DNA from: Trichoplax adhaerens
Lineage: Eukaryota > Animalia > Placozoa
Assembly (NCBI RefSeq): GCF_000150275.1
Contig: NW_002060945.1
Span: 9,378,011-9,442,010 of the forward strand
Length of the DNA: 64,000 nt
Reading direction: 5' to 3'
Shown here: positions 31,901-40,499 of the stretch, one piece after another
Layout of the letters: every line of letters begins with the position of its first letter
Position numbering within the stretch: the first letter of the stretch is position 1
Notes under the pieces: model-generated
Seen by the model: the letters and a program-made list of their open reading frames with translations, nothing else
Told to the model about the DNA's origin: nothing
Database searches by the model: none
Translations under genes and position numbers: made by a program

Positions 31901-34900
31901 CCATTTTCTCCTCGTGCTCCTGTAATGATTGATTCAAACTATAAATTAATTTTTCTTTCTTCTCCAATTCTTTATGATTTTCCTCTTTAAGTGTTGCTAT
32001 TTCTTTCTTATGAACTTGAACAAAGTAATCCGATTTATCTTTAAACACTTCATCCTTCGTTTTAATCTGTACTTCATAATCATTTCTAGCCGTCAATATT
32101 TCTTTATCATGACTTTGACGCAATAAGGTTATAGTATCTTCATTCATCAGCTTTTGCTGCTGCAGTTGCATCTGATAATTATGTGCAAGTGACGCAACTT
32201 CTTCGTCATGAGCTAATTTTAATTGCCCTAAGTTATCTTCAAACATCCTTTCTTCTTTTCTTAACTGTAAATGATACCTGTCCTTTATTTTTACTACCTC
32301 TAAATCATGAATTCGGCGCAAATCTAGTAAGTTTTCTTGATGCTCTTTTATCAGCTTTTCTTTTTCATTCTGATACTGTTGTGCTAATTGTGTATTATGA
32401 TTTTCCATTTGCAATTGTAGAACTGTCATTTGTTTCTTCAAACGTTGTTCAAATTGTGATTCGAGATCTATGATATTATTCTCGTGATGCTGTATCATCT
32501 CTTGTTTGTCTGCCTGAAACTTGCTTTCTTGTTTTTTAATTTGTTCATTACATTTCGCTTTCAAGACCTCTAATTCTACAGCATGGTTATCTTTTAAATG
32601 ACTTAAATTGATTCGCAGTGCTTCTTGCTGACGTTGCACCTCATTCATATAATCAAGACGATTCTGGGTAACTTTATTTTCAATGACAATCAATTCATTC
32701 TTGACTTTTTGAGCAAGGTCATCTATTTGGCGTTTTAATTCTTCTATCTTCAACCTTTGTTGATGGATTGTATTGGATAATGTTTGTTCATGCTGACATT
32801 TTAGTTGATAGTCACTTTTGATCATATCTCTTTCCATAGCTAAGACATCTTTTTCATGTTGATGTTTTTCCTTTAGCTCATTCCATTCCTGTTGCTGTTT
32901 CATTCTTTCATCATTAATATTATTTTCCAGTAATCTGATAGTTTCATTATGCTTATGTTGTAATCGCAGTAATTCATTATCATGCTGTCTCTGGCTCGCT
33001 GCTAAGTTTTCGTTATATTCCTCTATTGCCTTTTGTATCTCAATTTTTTGATCTTTCTTGACAGTATCAAAATGAATGTGCAATTCCTGGACGATTAACT
33101 CTTGCTTCAGTTGTAATTGATGGATCATACTTTTATGTTGATTACGACAGTCTATTAACTTATTTTCACTTTCACTTTTTAAATTTTCGAGCTCTTCTTT
33201 ATGTTGCTCATTTAAATTATTTAATTGTTTGCAATGTGTTAATTTATTATTTTCAAGCTGCTCCTCAAAGCTTTTAACCGTCATATCGTGTTGAGCTTGC
33301 AATTGATAGATAAAATCTTCTTGCTGTTTCTTGTAGGTGTCTATTAAATTTTCTTTTTTATTATCTAATTCGTTAATTTCAATGCTATGCTTTTCTTTAA
33401 GATTTTTTAATTGTAATTGATGTGCTATCTGACACCTTTCCAGATCATCTTCTAACTGTTTGATCGAGTTGTTATGATGTGTTTGTAACTGTTGGATGAC
33501 ATTATCGTATTTCTTTCTGCAAGATTCTAATGCTTTTTCTTGATCATCTAGTTTTACTTTATATTCGTCCTTAACTTCATTTAAGCGTTCAAGGTACATC
33601 AATTTACTGACTTCAATATGATTTTTCATTTCTTCGATAGTGTTATCATGTTCCTGCCGCAGCTGATTGCTAACTTTATCAAGTTGTTCCTTATTTGTAT
33701 CGAGCAACCGTTTCTTTTCATGAATTAAGTTATCAATCTCTCTTTTATGCTCATTCGCGATGATACTAATTTGCTTCTGGTGTATTGCTTGATCAGTATC
33801 AAGCCGATTAATCAACTTTTTAATATCTACGTCATGTTGTACTTTTAGTTCGTTGATAGCATCTAAATATTGCATCTTAATAGTGTCAATCTGTTGCTCT
33901 TTTTCAATAGTTATGCCATCGATCTTTGCTTTCTGTTCTTTCTTTAAGCTATTTAATCGTTCTTGATTAACAAATCTTTCAGTCTCAAGTTTATCAACAA
34001 GTTGCCTAATGGCTAGATCATGCTGAGATTGCATTTGTTGGATATTGCAAGCATGTTGCTGCTTACAATATTGTAATTGCTTTTCATTCTCCAAAATTAC
34101 ATCATTTAGTTCAGCTTTGTATTTCTTTTCCGTATCTTCTCTTAAATTTTGTATAGTTTTAACTTTCTTTACTATTTCATCATACTGCAATTGCTTTTTA
34201 TAGATAATTTTCGTTGACTCCTCTCTACAAGCTTTTACTGCTTGTTCTTTTTCCATAGACAAGTTATCAATCTCACTTTTATGGTCATCCATAATCTGAG
34301 CAAATTTCTGTTGATGTATGACCTGATTCGCTTCCAATTCACGCATGGCATCCTCATGCTTTTTCCTGTGGATATCAACTAGCTTTTCCTTTTCATTAGT
34401 CAAGGTATTCAGTTTACTTTTATAATCGGCTTCTAGCTGATTGAATACACTTTGTTGAGCTAATTTTTCATTTTCAAAATTTTCTTGCAATATTTTCTTA
34501 TCTGAATCATTCTCAGATTGCAATTGCGCCAGCTTGTCTTTATGCTGTTGTTCTAAAGCTACTATTGCTAATGCTTTATTCTGACGCAATTCTGATATTT
34601 TTATCTCAGATTCTTTCTTCAAATTATGGAGTTGATTTTGTAAAGTAGATATAATATCATCACGTTTCTGGATTTCTAGCTTATGCTGACATTGAAGCTG
34701 ATAAATGCTATTATCGTGCTCCTTTTTGGATGTTTCTAGTACAAGTTTCTTTTCCACCAATAACTTATCAAGTCGACGTTTATTCTCATCTTTTAAGCTT
34801 TTAAGTTCATGTTGATGCTTAACCATTTTATCTTCAGTTTTATTTTTAAGACTGTTTATAACTTCATTGTGCTCTAGACGTAATTTGTTCATTCCAGTCT

Positions 34901-37900
34901 CATGCTCATCATGTAAGGTGGCCATTATTTGTGTCTTTTCTGTATGATATTTTTCCTCCATCTTTTTCATTTGACATTGTAATGTTGATAGATCATTCTC
35001 GAGTTTCTCTACTGCCATATGATGCTGAATTTCGATTTGAGCAAAGTCATCATTATACTGTTTCTTTAACCCTTCTAAAAGGGTATCTTTCTCATTGATC
35101 AAATTATCAATTTGAATTTTACGTTCACTTTCGATATCATCAAATTTTCGTTGGTAATCTAACTCCTTCTTCTTAAATTCATCTTGAAGTAATTTTAGTG
35201 TAATGTTATGTTCTTTTTGTAATTTGTCTGTTTTATTAACGTATAGTTTATCTAATGTGATTACTTTTTGTTCACTTTCTTCATGTAATTGTTTTAGCCT
35301 CATTTGGTACTCCTCCTCTACGCTTTTGAGCTGATTTTCGAGATTCTTGATTTCTACATCATGTTGTAATTGTAGTTGATGTATATTAACTTCATAGTAT
35401 TTTTGAGAGTCTTTCAATTGCACTTCCTTTTTTTTAGCTAGACAATCTAGCTGTATTTCATGCTCACTTTTCATAGTGTCGATTTTACGCTGATATAATA
35501 GATCGGCATTTTCTAATTTCTCCCTGAGCTCATTTATAACTATAGTATTTTGACTTTGTAACTTATCAATTGTGTTCTTATAGTCCTTTTCTAAATTTGT
35601 TACCATCCGAATATTTTCATTATAGGTATTTTTAATTTCTATTTCATGCGCAACCTTAATGTTGCCAAGTTGATCTTGTAATGCCGTCATGATCCGTTCA
35701 TTTTCATCAAGTAATTGTTTTTTTTCCATTATATGTGATTCTTTCAAACTATTAAGTTGATTTTGTAACATGGTTAGCATCTCTTTTTTTTCATCATTTG
35801 CCAGCTTTATTTCTGTTCGATGTAATTCTTTTAAGCTATCAATTTCATCTTGCAATATTGTTGATATTTGCTCTTTTTCAGCAAACGTTTGTTTCTTCTC
35901 TACTTCATAAGAATCTTTCAAATTATCAAATTGATTCTGCAAGGTTATCGATATCTGTTCATTTTCTTCCTGTAACCGTTTTACTTCCCTTGCATGCAAT
36001 CCCTTCAAATTATTAATTTCATCTTGCTTTGCGGTTAACATTTGCTTCGTGTGATCACGTGTTTGTTTCACCTCTAGTTCACATTCTTCTTTTAGCTTCT
36101 CAAGTTGATCTTGTAAAGCTGATACTTTGCACTGTTTCTCGATATACAACTCCTTCAGTTTTATTTCATGTACTTGTTTCATGTCATTTATCCGACTCTG
36201 AAGTCTTGACAAATTTTCTTTCATTACAACAATATCACTTTGATGCTGACTATTTAATCTCTTGACCTCCTCAATGAAATTCAAACGATTACATTCAACT
36301 TTATCCATCCATTCCTTCAGAATTTGGTCATGTCCTACTTCTTGATCATGAATTTTATGATTATAATCATCTCGACAAGCTAACAATTTATTTTCTTTTT
36401 CTTTAATCAATTGTTCAATATTTGCGTTATGTTTTGCTTTTATATCTAATAATTCTTGCTGATATTGTAATCGGCATATTTGCAATTGATCTTGAAGGTT
36501 TAAATTATGTCTTTCCTCTAGATCATCAAACTTTACTTGCCACTGTAATTTTAAACTATTAATATCTTCTTCAAGCTGATTTTGCACGCTAGTTAATTTC
36601 GTTTGGCAATCTTTAACTAATTTGCTTCTTATATCTTCTTTTTCTTTCTGCCATGACCATTGCATCTTACTTATTTCTTCTTTATTTTGATTTTGTAAAT
36701 TTGTAATTCTAATCTTGCAATCTATTAACATCTGTCTGACCACATTTTCCTTCTCTTCAAGCAATGTTGATTTTAAGTTGTTTATATTGTCGTTGTATTT
36801 ATTTTGTAAGTTATTAATTTTAGCTTCATGCTCTTCTCTTATTTCTATCTGGATCGATTCTTTCTCTTTCTGCCATGATGCTTTCATCTCGTTTAGCTCT
36901 AATTCATGACGGTTTTGAGTATCGTAGAGTTTAACTTGATATTCATTATGTAAGTTTTCCTTTAATAATTCTTTCTCTTCTTCACATAGTCTATTTATCC
37001 TCTTAATTTCGTCTTCATGATGGTTTCTTGTGTTTACTAATTTGATTTTGTAATCTTGTATATCTCGCTCTATTACTTTCTTCTCTTCAAGTAATGTTGA
37101 TTTTAAATTGTACATATTGTCGTTGTATTTATTTTGTAAGTTATTAATTTTAGCTTCATGCTCTTCTCTTATTTCTATCTGGATCGATTCTTTCTCTTTC
37201 TGCCATGATGCTTTCATCTCGTTTAGCTCTAATTCATGACGGTTTTGAGTATCGCAGAGTTTAACTTGATATTCATTATGTAAGTTTTCTTTTAATAACT
37301 CTTTCTCTTCTTCACATAGTCTATTTATCCTCTTAATTTCGTCTTCATGATGGTTTCTTGTGTTTGCTAGTTTAATTTTGCAATCTTCTTGTATATCTCG
37401 CTCTATTACTTTTTTCTCTTCAAGTAATGTTGATTTTAAATTGTACATATTGTCGTTGTATTTATTTTGCAAGTTATTAATTTTAGCTTTATACTCTTCT
37501 CTTATTTTGTTTTGGATTGATTCTCGTTCTTCTTGCCATATCATATTTATTCTTTTAATTTCCTCTTCATAATAGCTTTTCATATTTGCAAGTTTAACCT
37601 TGCAATCTTCCTGCATATTTCGCTCAATTACTTTTTTCTCTTCCTGCAATGTCGATTTTAAACTGTTTATGCTGTTGTTGTATTCACTTTCTAAATTATC
37701 GATTTTAACCTTATGCTCTCTTCTCATTTTATTACGGATCGATTCTTGCTCTTCTTGCCGTAGCATATTTATTCTCTTAATTTCGTCTCGATGATGGGTT
37801 TTTATATTAGCAAGTCTAATTTTGTAATCTTCCTGCATATTTCGTTCTATTATTTCCTTCTCTTCCTGACACAATATTTTAATCTGAGCAATTTCCTTCT

Positions 37901-40103
37901 CATGATATTGGCGCATTTGATCGGTATTCACTTTAAACTCTTCTACTTTCATTTCTAGCCATTTTTTATCTTCTTGATATGATGTATTCATTTTTATTAT
38001 CTCCTTCTCATAGTGATCGCGTAAAGCCTTTACCTTCAATTGACAATCCTCTAGTAAGGCATCTTTTAACATTTTTTCAGCTTCTACTCTCTCCTCTTGC
38101 CATGCCCTTTTCATCTTACATATGTCATCTTTATGCTGACAACGAATTGTATCGACGTTATTTTGGTAATTCTCTAATAGTGTCTCTTTCAAAGTTTTCT
38201 CCGTAATATCCTTCTTTGTTTGCCAAGATACATTTATTTCATTAATCAATTTCTTATATTGAGTATGGATATTACCAATGTTAACTTGATGATCTTTTAA
38301 CATATCTATTTTTAGTCTTTCTTTTTCGTCTTGCCATTGCATTTTTTGCTGATTTATTTCTTTACAATAATCATTTTGATTGCTATCAATTTTGCGTTGA
38401 TAATCTTCATGAATTTGCTTTGCTGTTGTATTGAATGATTCTTGGTTCGACTTTATTTTATGTTGAAGTTCAGATATTGCTTGCTGATGTTGAGATCGAA
38501 TCGATTCTAGATTTTTACTGAAACTCAGTTCTAGTTGAAGAATTTTATCTTGACATGAGTTCTCCTTTAATTGTACATCTTTTTCATGCTGACATCGTAA
38601 TGCTATGTTCTGGTCTTGTAATTCTTGAATCTCCAATTGATGCACTTTGATATATCGTTTCTTATCATTTTCCATGTTTAGTAATTTCATATTGAAATCC
38701 TGTTCCATTTGCTCAGCATTCATTTTCAAATCTTTCAATTGTTTTTGATGATTTTCTTTTACAGTTAAAAGCTCAGATTGATATTTATTTTGAATTTTTT
38801 CACTTTTATCCATAGCATCTTGTAGCTGATTTTTCAATGTATACGTTAATTGCTGAGTTTCTCGTAAAAGTTGCTGATAATTAACATTTTCATGCTTGCA
38901 TTGATTAAGTTCATTCGTTAGCTCGGCTATATCATTATTCAATTGAATTGATTTACCATTTAATTCTTGCTTTAAATCTTCAACAATACCTTGATATTGC
39001 TTTTTTATTCGGTTATTTTCAGTATTAGCATTTGTTAATAATAGTTGTTGACTATCTAAGTCACATTTCATTTGATCAAGCAGGCTGGATAGTTTTAACA
39101 TTTTTAAGTCGTATTCAACTTTACTTTCGTTCAGTTCATCCTTTAGCCTGGCAATAGTAGTATCATATTGGCTTTTCATTTGATTTGTAGTAGTATTACT
39201 TTCAGCCAATTCTCGCTGATGATCATTTTCTGCTTGTTCTTTCTCGCTTAATACTTGCTGCAACTGATTAGACAATATTGTGACTTTCTTACTCTGATTC
39301 AGTCTTTCACTTTCAATCTGCTGCTGTAATTCTCCAACATTGATTTCATATTGAATTTTCAATTGACTACGATCATTGATAGCCGTTGCTAGTTCTTGTT
39401 GATGACGTTCATCAGCTTGAGTTTTGGCATGGCTCATTTCATCAAGCTGGCTAACCAAGTTGGCTATTTTATGGTTATATTCAGCTTTTTGATCATTGCA
39501 GTTTTGCCTTAAATTTTGAATTTCATTTTCATACTGATTCTTTAATCGATGAGAAATCCTTATGGCTTCATCTAGCTGCTGTCTAGATTGGCACTGTGAA
39601 TTATTCTTATCTTCCTCTAACTGATTTATTTGCTGATTTAATTTTGCGATTTGATGCTGATATTGAGTAGTTTCATTCTTGATTTGATGCTTTAATTCTT
39701 TGACGTTATTTTCATATTGATCCATCAAGCTCTTATTTTGTTGTTGGTATTCATTTTGAAAATCAACAACGCATTCATTTAAGCTATCAATTTGATCTTG
39801 ATATTGTTGACTAGTTTGCTGAATGATTGGATCAAGGTGTTTCAATTCTTCGACAATATTTCCAAGACATTCATCTTGAGCTTGATGCATGGATGTTGGT
39901 GTTTCATCTCCACCTCGAGGACAAACAATCATTTGAGTTAAATTCTCCACTCCTATTTGCAGATAACGTAAATTTTTTTCCATCACTTGACTCATTTCCA
40001 GGATATTATTGGTAATTGGTTGATGTTGCTGATTTCCAGTGGCCAATGGGATATCTAAACTTGATGTTAAACTATTCATTCTTTCAGTTTGGTTGGCATC
40101 CAT
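25371..40103 (-). CDS. Giant 4910-aa coiled-coil protein with C-terminal atypical Ras-like GTPase domain and CAAX box; single uninterrupted exon
   Basis: 14.7-kb open frame in AT-rich DNA. E/K/Q/L-rich helical repeats span aa ~80-4040 and an acidic linker spans ~4040-4730. Then VKIVLFGHSNVGKT (G1), DGVMLVFSVDDWQSF, CIIVGNKND (G4), YIETSAT (G5) and terminal CVIT*. A splice-acceptor-like TTTTTAATATAG lies 6 nt before the ATG, so an upstream exon is possible. Confidence 0.9.
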   Translation of the reverse strand: MDANQTERMNSLTSSLDIPLATGNQQHQPITNNILEMSQVMEKNLRYLQIGVENLTQMIVCPRGGDETPTSMHQAQDECLGNIVEELKHLDPIIQQTSQQYQDQIDSLNECVVDFQNEYQQQNKSLMDQYENNVKELKHQIKNETTQYQHQIAKLNQQINQLEEDKNNSQCQSRQQLDEAIRISHRLKNQYENEIQNLRQNCNDQKAEYNHKIANLVSQLDEMSHAKTQADERHQQELATAINDRSQLKIQYEINVGELQQQIESERLNQSKKVTILSNQLQQVLSEKEQAENDHQRELAESNTTTNQMKSQYDTTIARLKDELNESKVEYDLKMLKLSSLLDQMKCDLDSQQLLLTNANTENNRIKKQYQGIVEDLKQELNGKSIQLNNDIAELTNELNQCKHENVNYQQLLRETQQLTYTLKNQLQDAMDKSEKIQNKYQSELLTVKENHQKQLKDLKMNAEQMEQDFNMKLLNMENDKKRYIKVHQLEIQELQDQNIALRCQHEKDVQLKENSCQDKILQLELSFSKNLESIRSQHQQAISELQHKIKSNQESFNTTAKQIHEDYQRKIDSNQNDYCKEINQQKMQWQDEKERLKIDMLKDHQVNIGNIHTQYKKLINEINVSWQTKKDITEKTLKETLLENYQNNVDTIRCQHKDDICKMKRAWQEERVEAEKMLKDALLEDCQLKVKALRDHYEKEIIKMNTSYQEDKKWLEMKVEEFKVNTDQMRQYHEKEIAQIKILCQEEKEIIERNMQEDYKIRLANIKTHHRDEIKRINMLRQEEQESIRNKMRREHKVKIDNLESEYNNSINSLKSTLQEEKKVIERNMQEDCKVKLANMKSYYEEEIKRINMIWQEERESIQNKIREEYKAKINNLQNKYNDNMYNLKSTLLEEKKVIERDIQEDCKIKLANTRNHHEDEIKRINRLCEEEKELLKENLHNEYQVKLCDTQNRHELELNEMKASWQKEKESIQIEIREEHEAKINNLQNKYNDNMYNLKSTLLEEKKVIERDIQDYKIKLVNTRNHHEDEIKRINRLCEEEKELLKENLHNEYQVKLYDTQNRHELELNEMKASWQKEKESIQIEIREEHEAKINNLQNKYNDNINNLKSTLLEEKENVVRQMLIDCKIRITNLQNQNKEEISKMQWSWQKEKEDIRSKLVKDCQTKLTSVQNQLEEDINSLKLQWQVKFDDLEERHNLNLQDQLQICRLQYQQELLDIKAKHNANIEQLIKEKENKLLACRDDYNHKIHDQEVGHDQILKEWMDKVECNRLNFIEEVKRLNSQHQSDIVVMKENLSRLQSRINDMKQVHEIKLKELYIEKQCKVSALQDQLEKLKEECELEVKQTRDHTKQMLTAKQDEINNLKGLHAREVKRLQEENEQISITLQNQFDNLKDSYEVEKKQTFAEKEQISTILQDEIDSLKELHRTEIKLANDEKKEMLTMLQNQLNSLKESHIMEKKQLLDENERIMTALQDQLGNIKVAHEIEIKNTYNENIRMVTNLEKDYKNTIDKLQSQNTIVINELREKLENADLLYQRKIDTMKSEHEIQLDCLAKKKEVQLKDSQKYYEVNIHQLQLQHDVEIKNLENQLKSVEEEYQMRLKQLHEESEQKVITLDKLYVNKTDKLQKEHNITLKLLQDEFKKKELDYQRKFDDIESERKIQIDNLINEKDTLLEGLKKQYNDDFAQIEIQHHMAVEKLENDLSTLQCQMKKMEEKYHTEKTQIMATLHDEHETGMNKLRLEHNEVINSLKNKTEDKMVKHQHELKSLKDENKRRLDKLLVEKKLVLETSKKEHDNSIYQLQCQHKLEIQKRDDIISTLQNQLHNLKKESEIKISELRQNKALAIVALEQQHKDKLAQLQSENDSDKKILQENFENEKLAQQSVFNQLEADYKSKLNTLTNEKEKLVDIHRKKHEDAMRELEANQVIHQQKFAQIMDDHKSEIDNLSMEKEQAVKACREESTKIIYKKQLQYDEIVKKVKTIQNLREDTEKKYKAELNDVILENEKQLQYCKQQHACNIQQMQSQHDLAIRQLVDKLETERFVNQERLNSLKKEQKAKIDGITIEKEQQIDTIKMQYLDAINELKVQHDVDIKKLINRLDTDQAIHQKQISIIANEHKREIDNLIHEKKRLLDTNKEQLDKVSNQLRQEHDNTIEEMKNHIEVSKLMYLERLNEVKDEYKVKLDDQEKALESCRKKYDNVIQQLQTHHNNSIKQLEDDLERCQIAHQLQLKNLKEKHSIEINELDNKKENLIDTYKKQQEDFIYQLQAQHDMTVKSFEEQLENNKLTHCKQLNNLNEQHKEELENLKSESENKLIDCRNQHKSMIHQLQLKQELIVQELHIHFDTVKKDQKIEIQKAIEEYNENLAASQRQHDNELLRLQHKHNETIRLLENNINDERMKQQQEWNELKEKHQHEKDVLAMERDMIKSDYQLKCQHEQTLSNTIHQQRLKIEELKRQIDDLAQKVKNELIVIENKVTQNRLDYMNEVQRQQEALRINLSHLKDNHAVELEVLKAKCNEQIKKQESKFQADKQEMIQHHENNIIDLESQFEQRLKKQMTVLQLQMENHNTQLAQQYQNEKEKLIKEHQENLLDLRRIHDLEVVKIKDRYHLQLRKEERMFEDNLGQLKLAHDEEVASLAHNYQMQLQQQKLMNEDTITLLRQSHDKEILTARNDYEVQIKTKDEVFKDKSDYFVQVHKKEIATLKEENHKELEKKEKLIYSLNQSLQEHEEKMVIAEKNYEVKLKNQDKVTEDALKHLKRNFDNDMILAQEEWKKAFQDDLNQCKKDYDEQLLMITDSYQLQLNNQEKMYEDKIKDFNEVYTKKITALRDDYQILLDDEKKVSDEKSKRLQADYDKKIVSVKDRHEKELEKKQKFFEEKLKHIDYVHAEDMVTAKRSYQEWILEQEKNFQTKRDRLLEEHSAEMATAKNSQQLQLVQLQFTYENKLKKKHRSHDEELAKTIKTHRKMLKWQREALIERINDQSRNHSLDIATARDVYRMQMKMQENVYEEEINKLKIIQIKEMEILKGFHKVQLQEQEKELHNIINNLRISHEREIENIRDDHQQQLKERKKLCEDGLSQTLRAKDEKIVETQRFYQLKMDELEDKMNAKLNQLQLTQNEEIANLHSVYQIKFDTQEKAFKIKLDHSRQAYDKEMAVCQSNHKTQLQEQKTAFEENIGQIHIDHARELIAVESKYQKQLEESEATLSSYSIKLQEARGREIMNFNGYQLQLEEQKKAYDDRSDYLKKDYEGKLATTRENHQLQIDNQARIFDERLCQLQEAHDKEVLSLQNKFRLKDEDYRRKLTVIEEAHQKDVKRVRDEAVQKIDILSREHNLQIESIIREQKAEVQQIRDESQRQASDIIENYELKIQELIGEYNDNYNRSGCAVIHTEELQDVRNDDQMELIGVDDTHQEELQKIQGKHCIEVQVLKDKYSYQIANIANESELEKQEFRSSLARMKASHLQKIEDIQNEHQLELQCIQSKHHENYECTMRNTEDGHGDELQIISSNHQYQQEVSSESYNIKERDAVINCNKVNNEKEQEVVKCDRKLINIQNLHEEEILQIRNEHGMELQNIRMEYRNEINIINERQSTIAHTTETYQRQLCELEDKYLKATNAVNTLMHEHQSELQDIRDRHLIATGEIQSKNKHEIQTIKDCYQQEIRSIHDEFQHQITYLRESYDNAVHDLNRQYQEIESLMTKNANDYQVELKNTQYQHQNEMEKMDYKYMKEIKSLQSQHQRDIETIESIHSLIAREKALANQQAEVLNQQTLEYERSNDNLYKQFESEKETIISQYQEILHVVEKEEIEIVKNLFYELKKEKENFLSYYDERLNQLCIEQDHILQTLLSNSSKEWKALISRTGDKLSRLRQECRYDIEKLHFTFPEENDGSDCSGNLNRLGIEQEYKNNNISYQPRKVWKFSVHFYEGELSQLRLEQENIIQKLYAILEKEKEAAGDNCSKKLETVGIEQESILQSFNSKARKGTEFLRNTYQEKLKQLRIDQVDAVRTILSRIEKENSKFVGICYENKCNKLRLEQDLQIHNDKGALGYACLDHIKPSVNLTDNETVTDIYKNDRFTRLTNSNPEKVGKKIRDESDSLTPKDIIINLGKFTEEISEEDNCNQEIELVGNNDYDGHSILSTSSSRAKIKESNDGDDNCKFHLSTAEAVIGYQTCKEDDNYENTEVFGEDSGEKIVGNDISTLLYNSTKHESVEDIRKDIKRQLKASIVEMEVEKTCQEPDYSLVDSSESLIRQNACDDKSERFTSNLDGAKFGKDGNAGGIPELTSKLTDNKIKDEICESYTIELTANACFNESLHEIRDSFSNKDESYQLDCSSVGSIVSEEIQEVIADNLKSYSNTSFASMEARDTHKLRPRRRFSETEIIYNHDDNNGSLHLEKLTFYSMDNISIKYQNQIEGFDKSEIYAKRLYYSANNVALDELHQSMNKIDHQSDESQITFYSMESLSIEDQKSPGILNLSLSDPSVANYQSGNQSQSTFPALLNEMDCNHHSSNCNDNIPLIETVLHVNLSNSLESTASSICEEDTGREYTPLQEDNIDRDCLYRSIPLNQESTGIALHDDSEELSSRKNVVSHNEITPTYVGSEFTLSDREDPNAHSSRYDIEEQEKVASICKESEYLNANTHATSSVDSAYAKNVQDEAHIRLSHYEDTDSCDERSSVYLESNFNLLSDSDPDGDNTSGESESFRIKLKHLNHRIRSLSKSSHKTSIPKNPVKIVLFGHSNVGKTAIACQYCKKRYPPDRSSYRSSQFKKILKFGQYSIKLKIIVSKLAANSALSSYQSILQDIDGVMLVFSVDDWQSFDDIGNYYQSLSQVTGTDFPCIIVGNKNDAKSYKRQITFQEGELLASSFQHRYIETSATTYSKTELAFVQLIQTIAYMKTAESLEDQQCVIT
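36740..37500 (-). repeat. Recent in-frame tandem duplication, 330/333-bp period, ~2.3 copies, inside giant ORF
   Basis: TTCTCTTCAAG anchor at 36751, 37081 and 37414; near-identical peptide NKYNDNMYNLKSTLLEEKKVIERDIQ...HELELNEMKASWQKEKESIQIEIREEHEAK. Confidence 0.92.
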
Positions 40104-40499
40104 TATTTTCTATATTAAAAAAGTGATCAATACGTATTACAGTAACTCCCTTCATGGCATAAAATGTACAGTCGATTTCTATACGAGTAAAGTGTTGAAT
40201 AACTCTTACTTTTTTATGACGACTTGAAATGATTCAAGGAAAATCTAAGATTGAATGATGCGCTGACAATCAAATATCTATCAATAATTAATGATATATA
40301 CTGTCGTCTTATGAGAAATAGTTTGCCGTCTTAGCTACAAACTATGGAGTCATGATTTTATCTCCGTAGATACAAAGAAATACCTGTAAAATTAGAGAGG
40401 TAAAATATCATTAAAGAATACACTCTCATAAGGCATCCATGCTAGCTTATAATAACCCCAAAATTTCGCTTCTTACCCTAATTGCATGTTTTTTCTTGG

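Noticed and set aside
25371-40103. Assigning the giant protein to myosin tail, CENP-F, golgin, rootletin, Roco or RASEF
   Set aside because: No motor, GRIP, EF-hand, COR or kinase motifs seen; any similarity would be compositional only.
26312-40227. Many + strand ORFs antisense to the giant CDS
   Set aside because: F/S/L/I-rich shadows of E/K/Q codons, mostly with non-ATG starts and no motifs.
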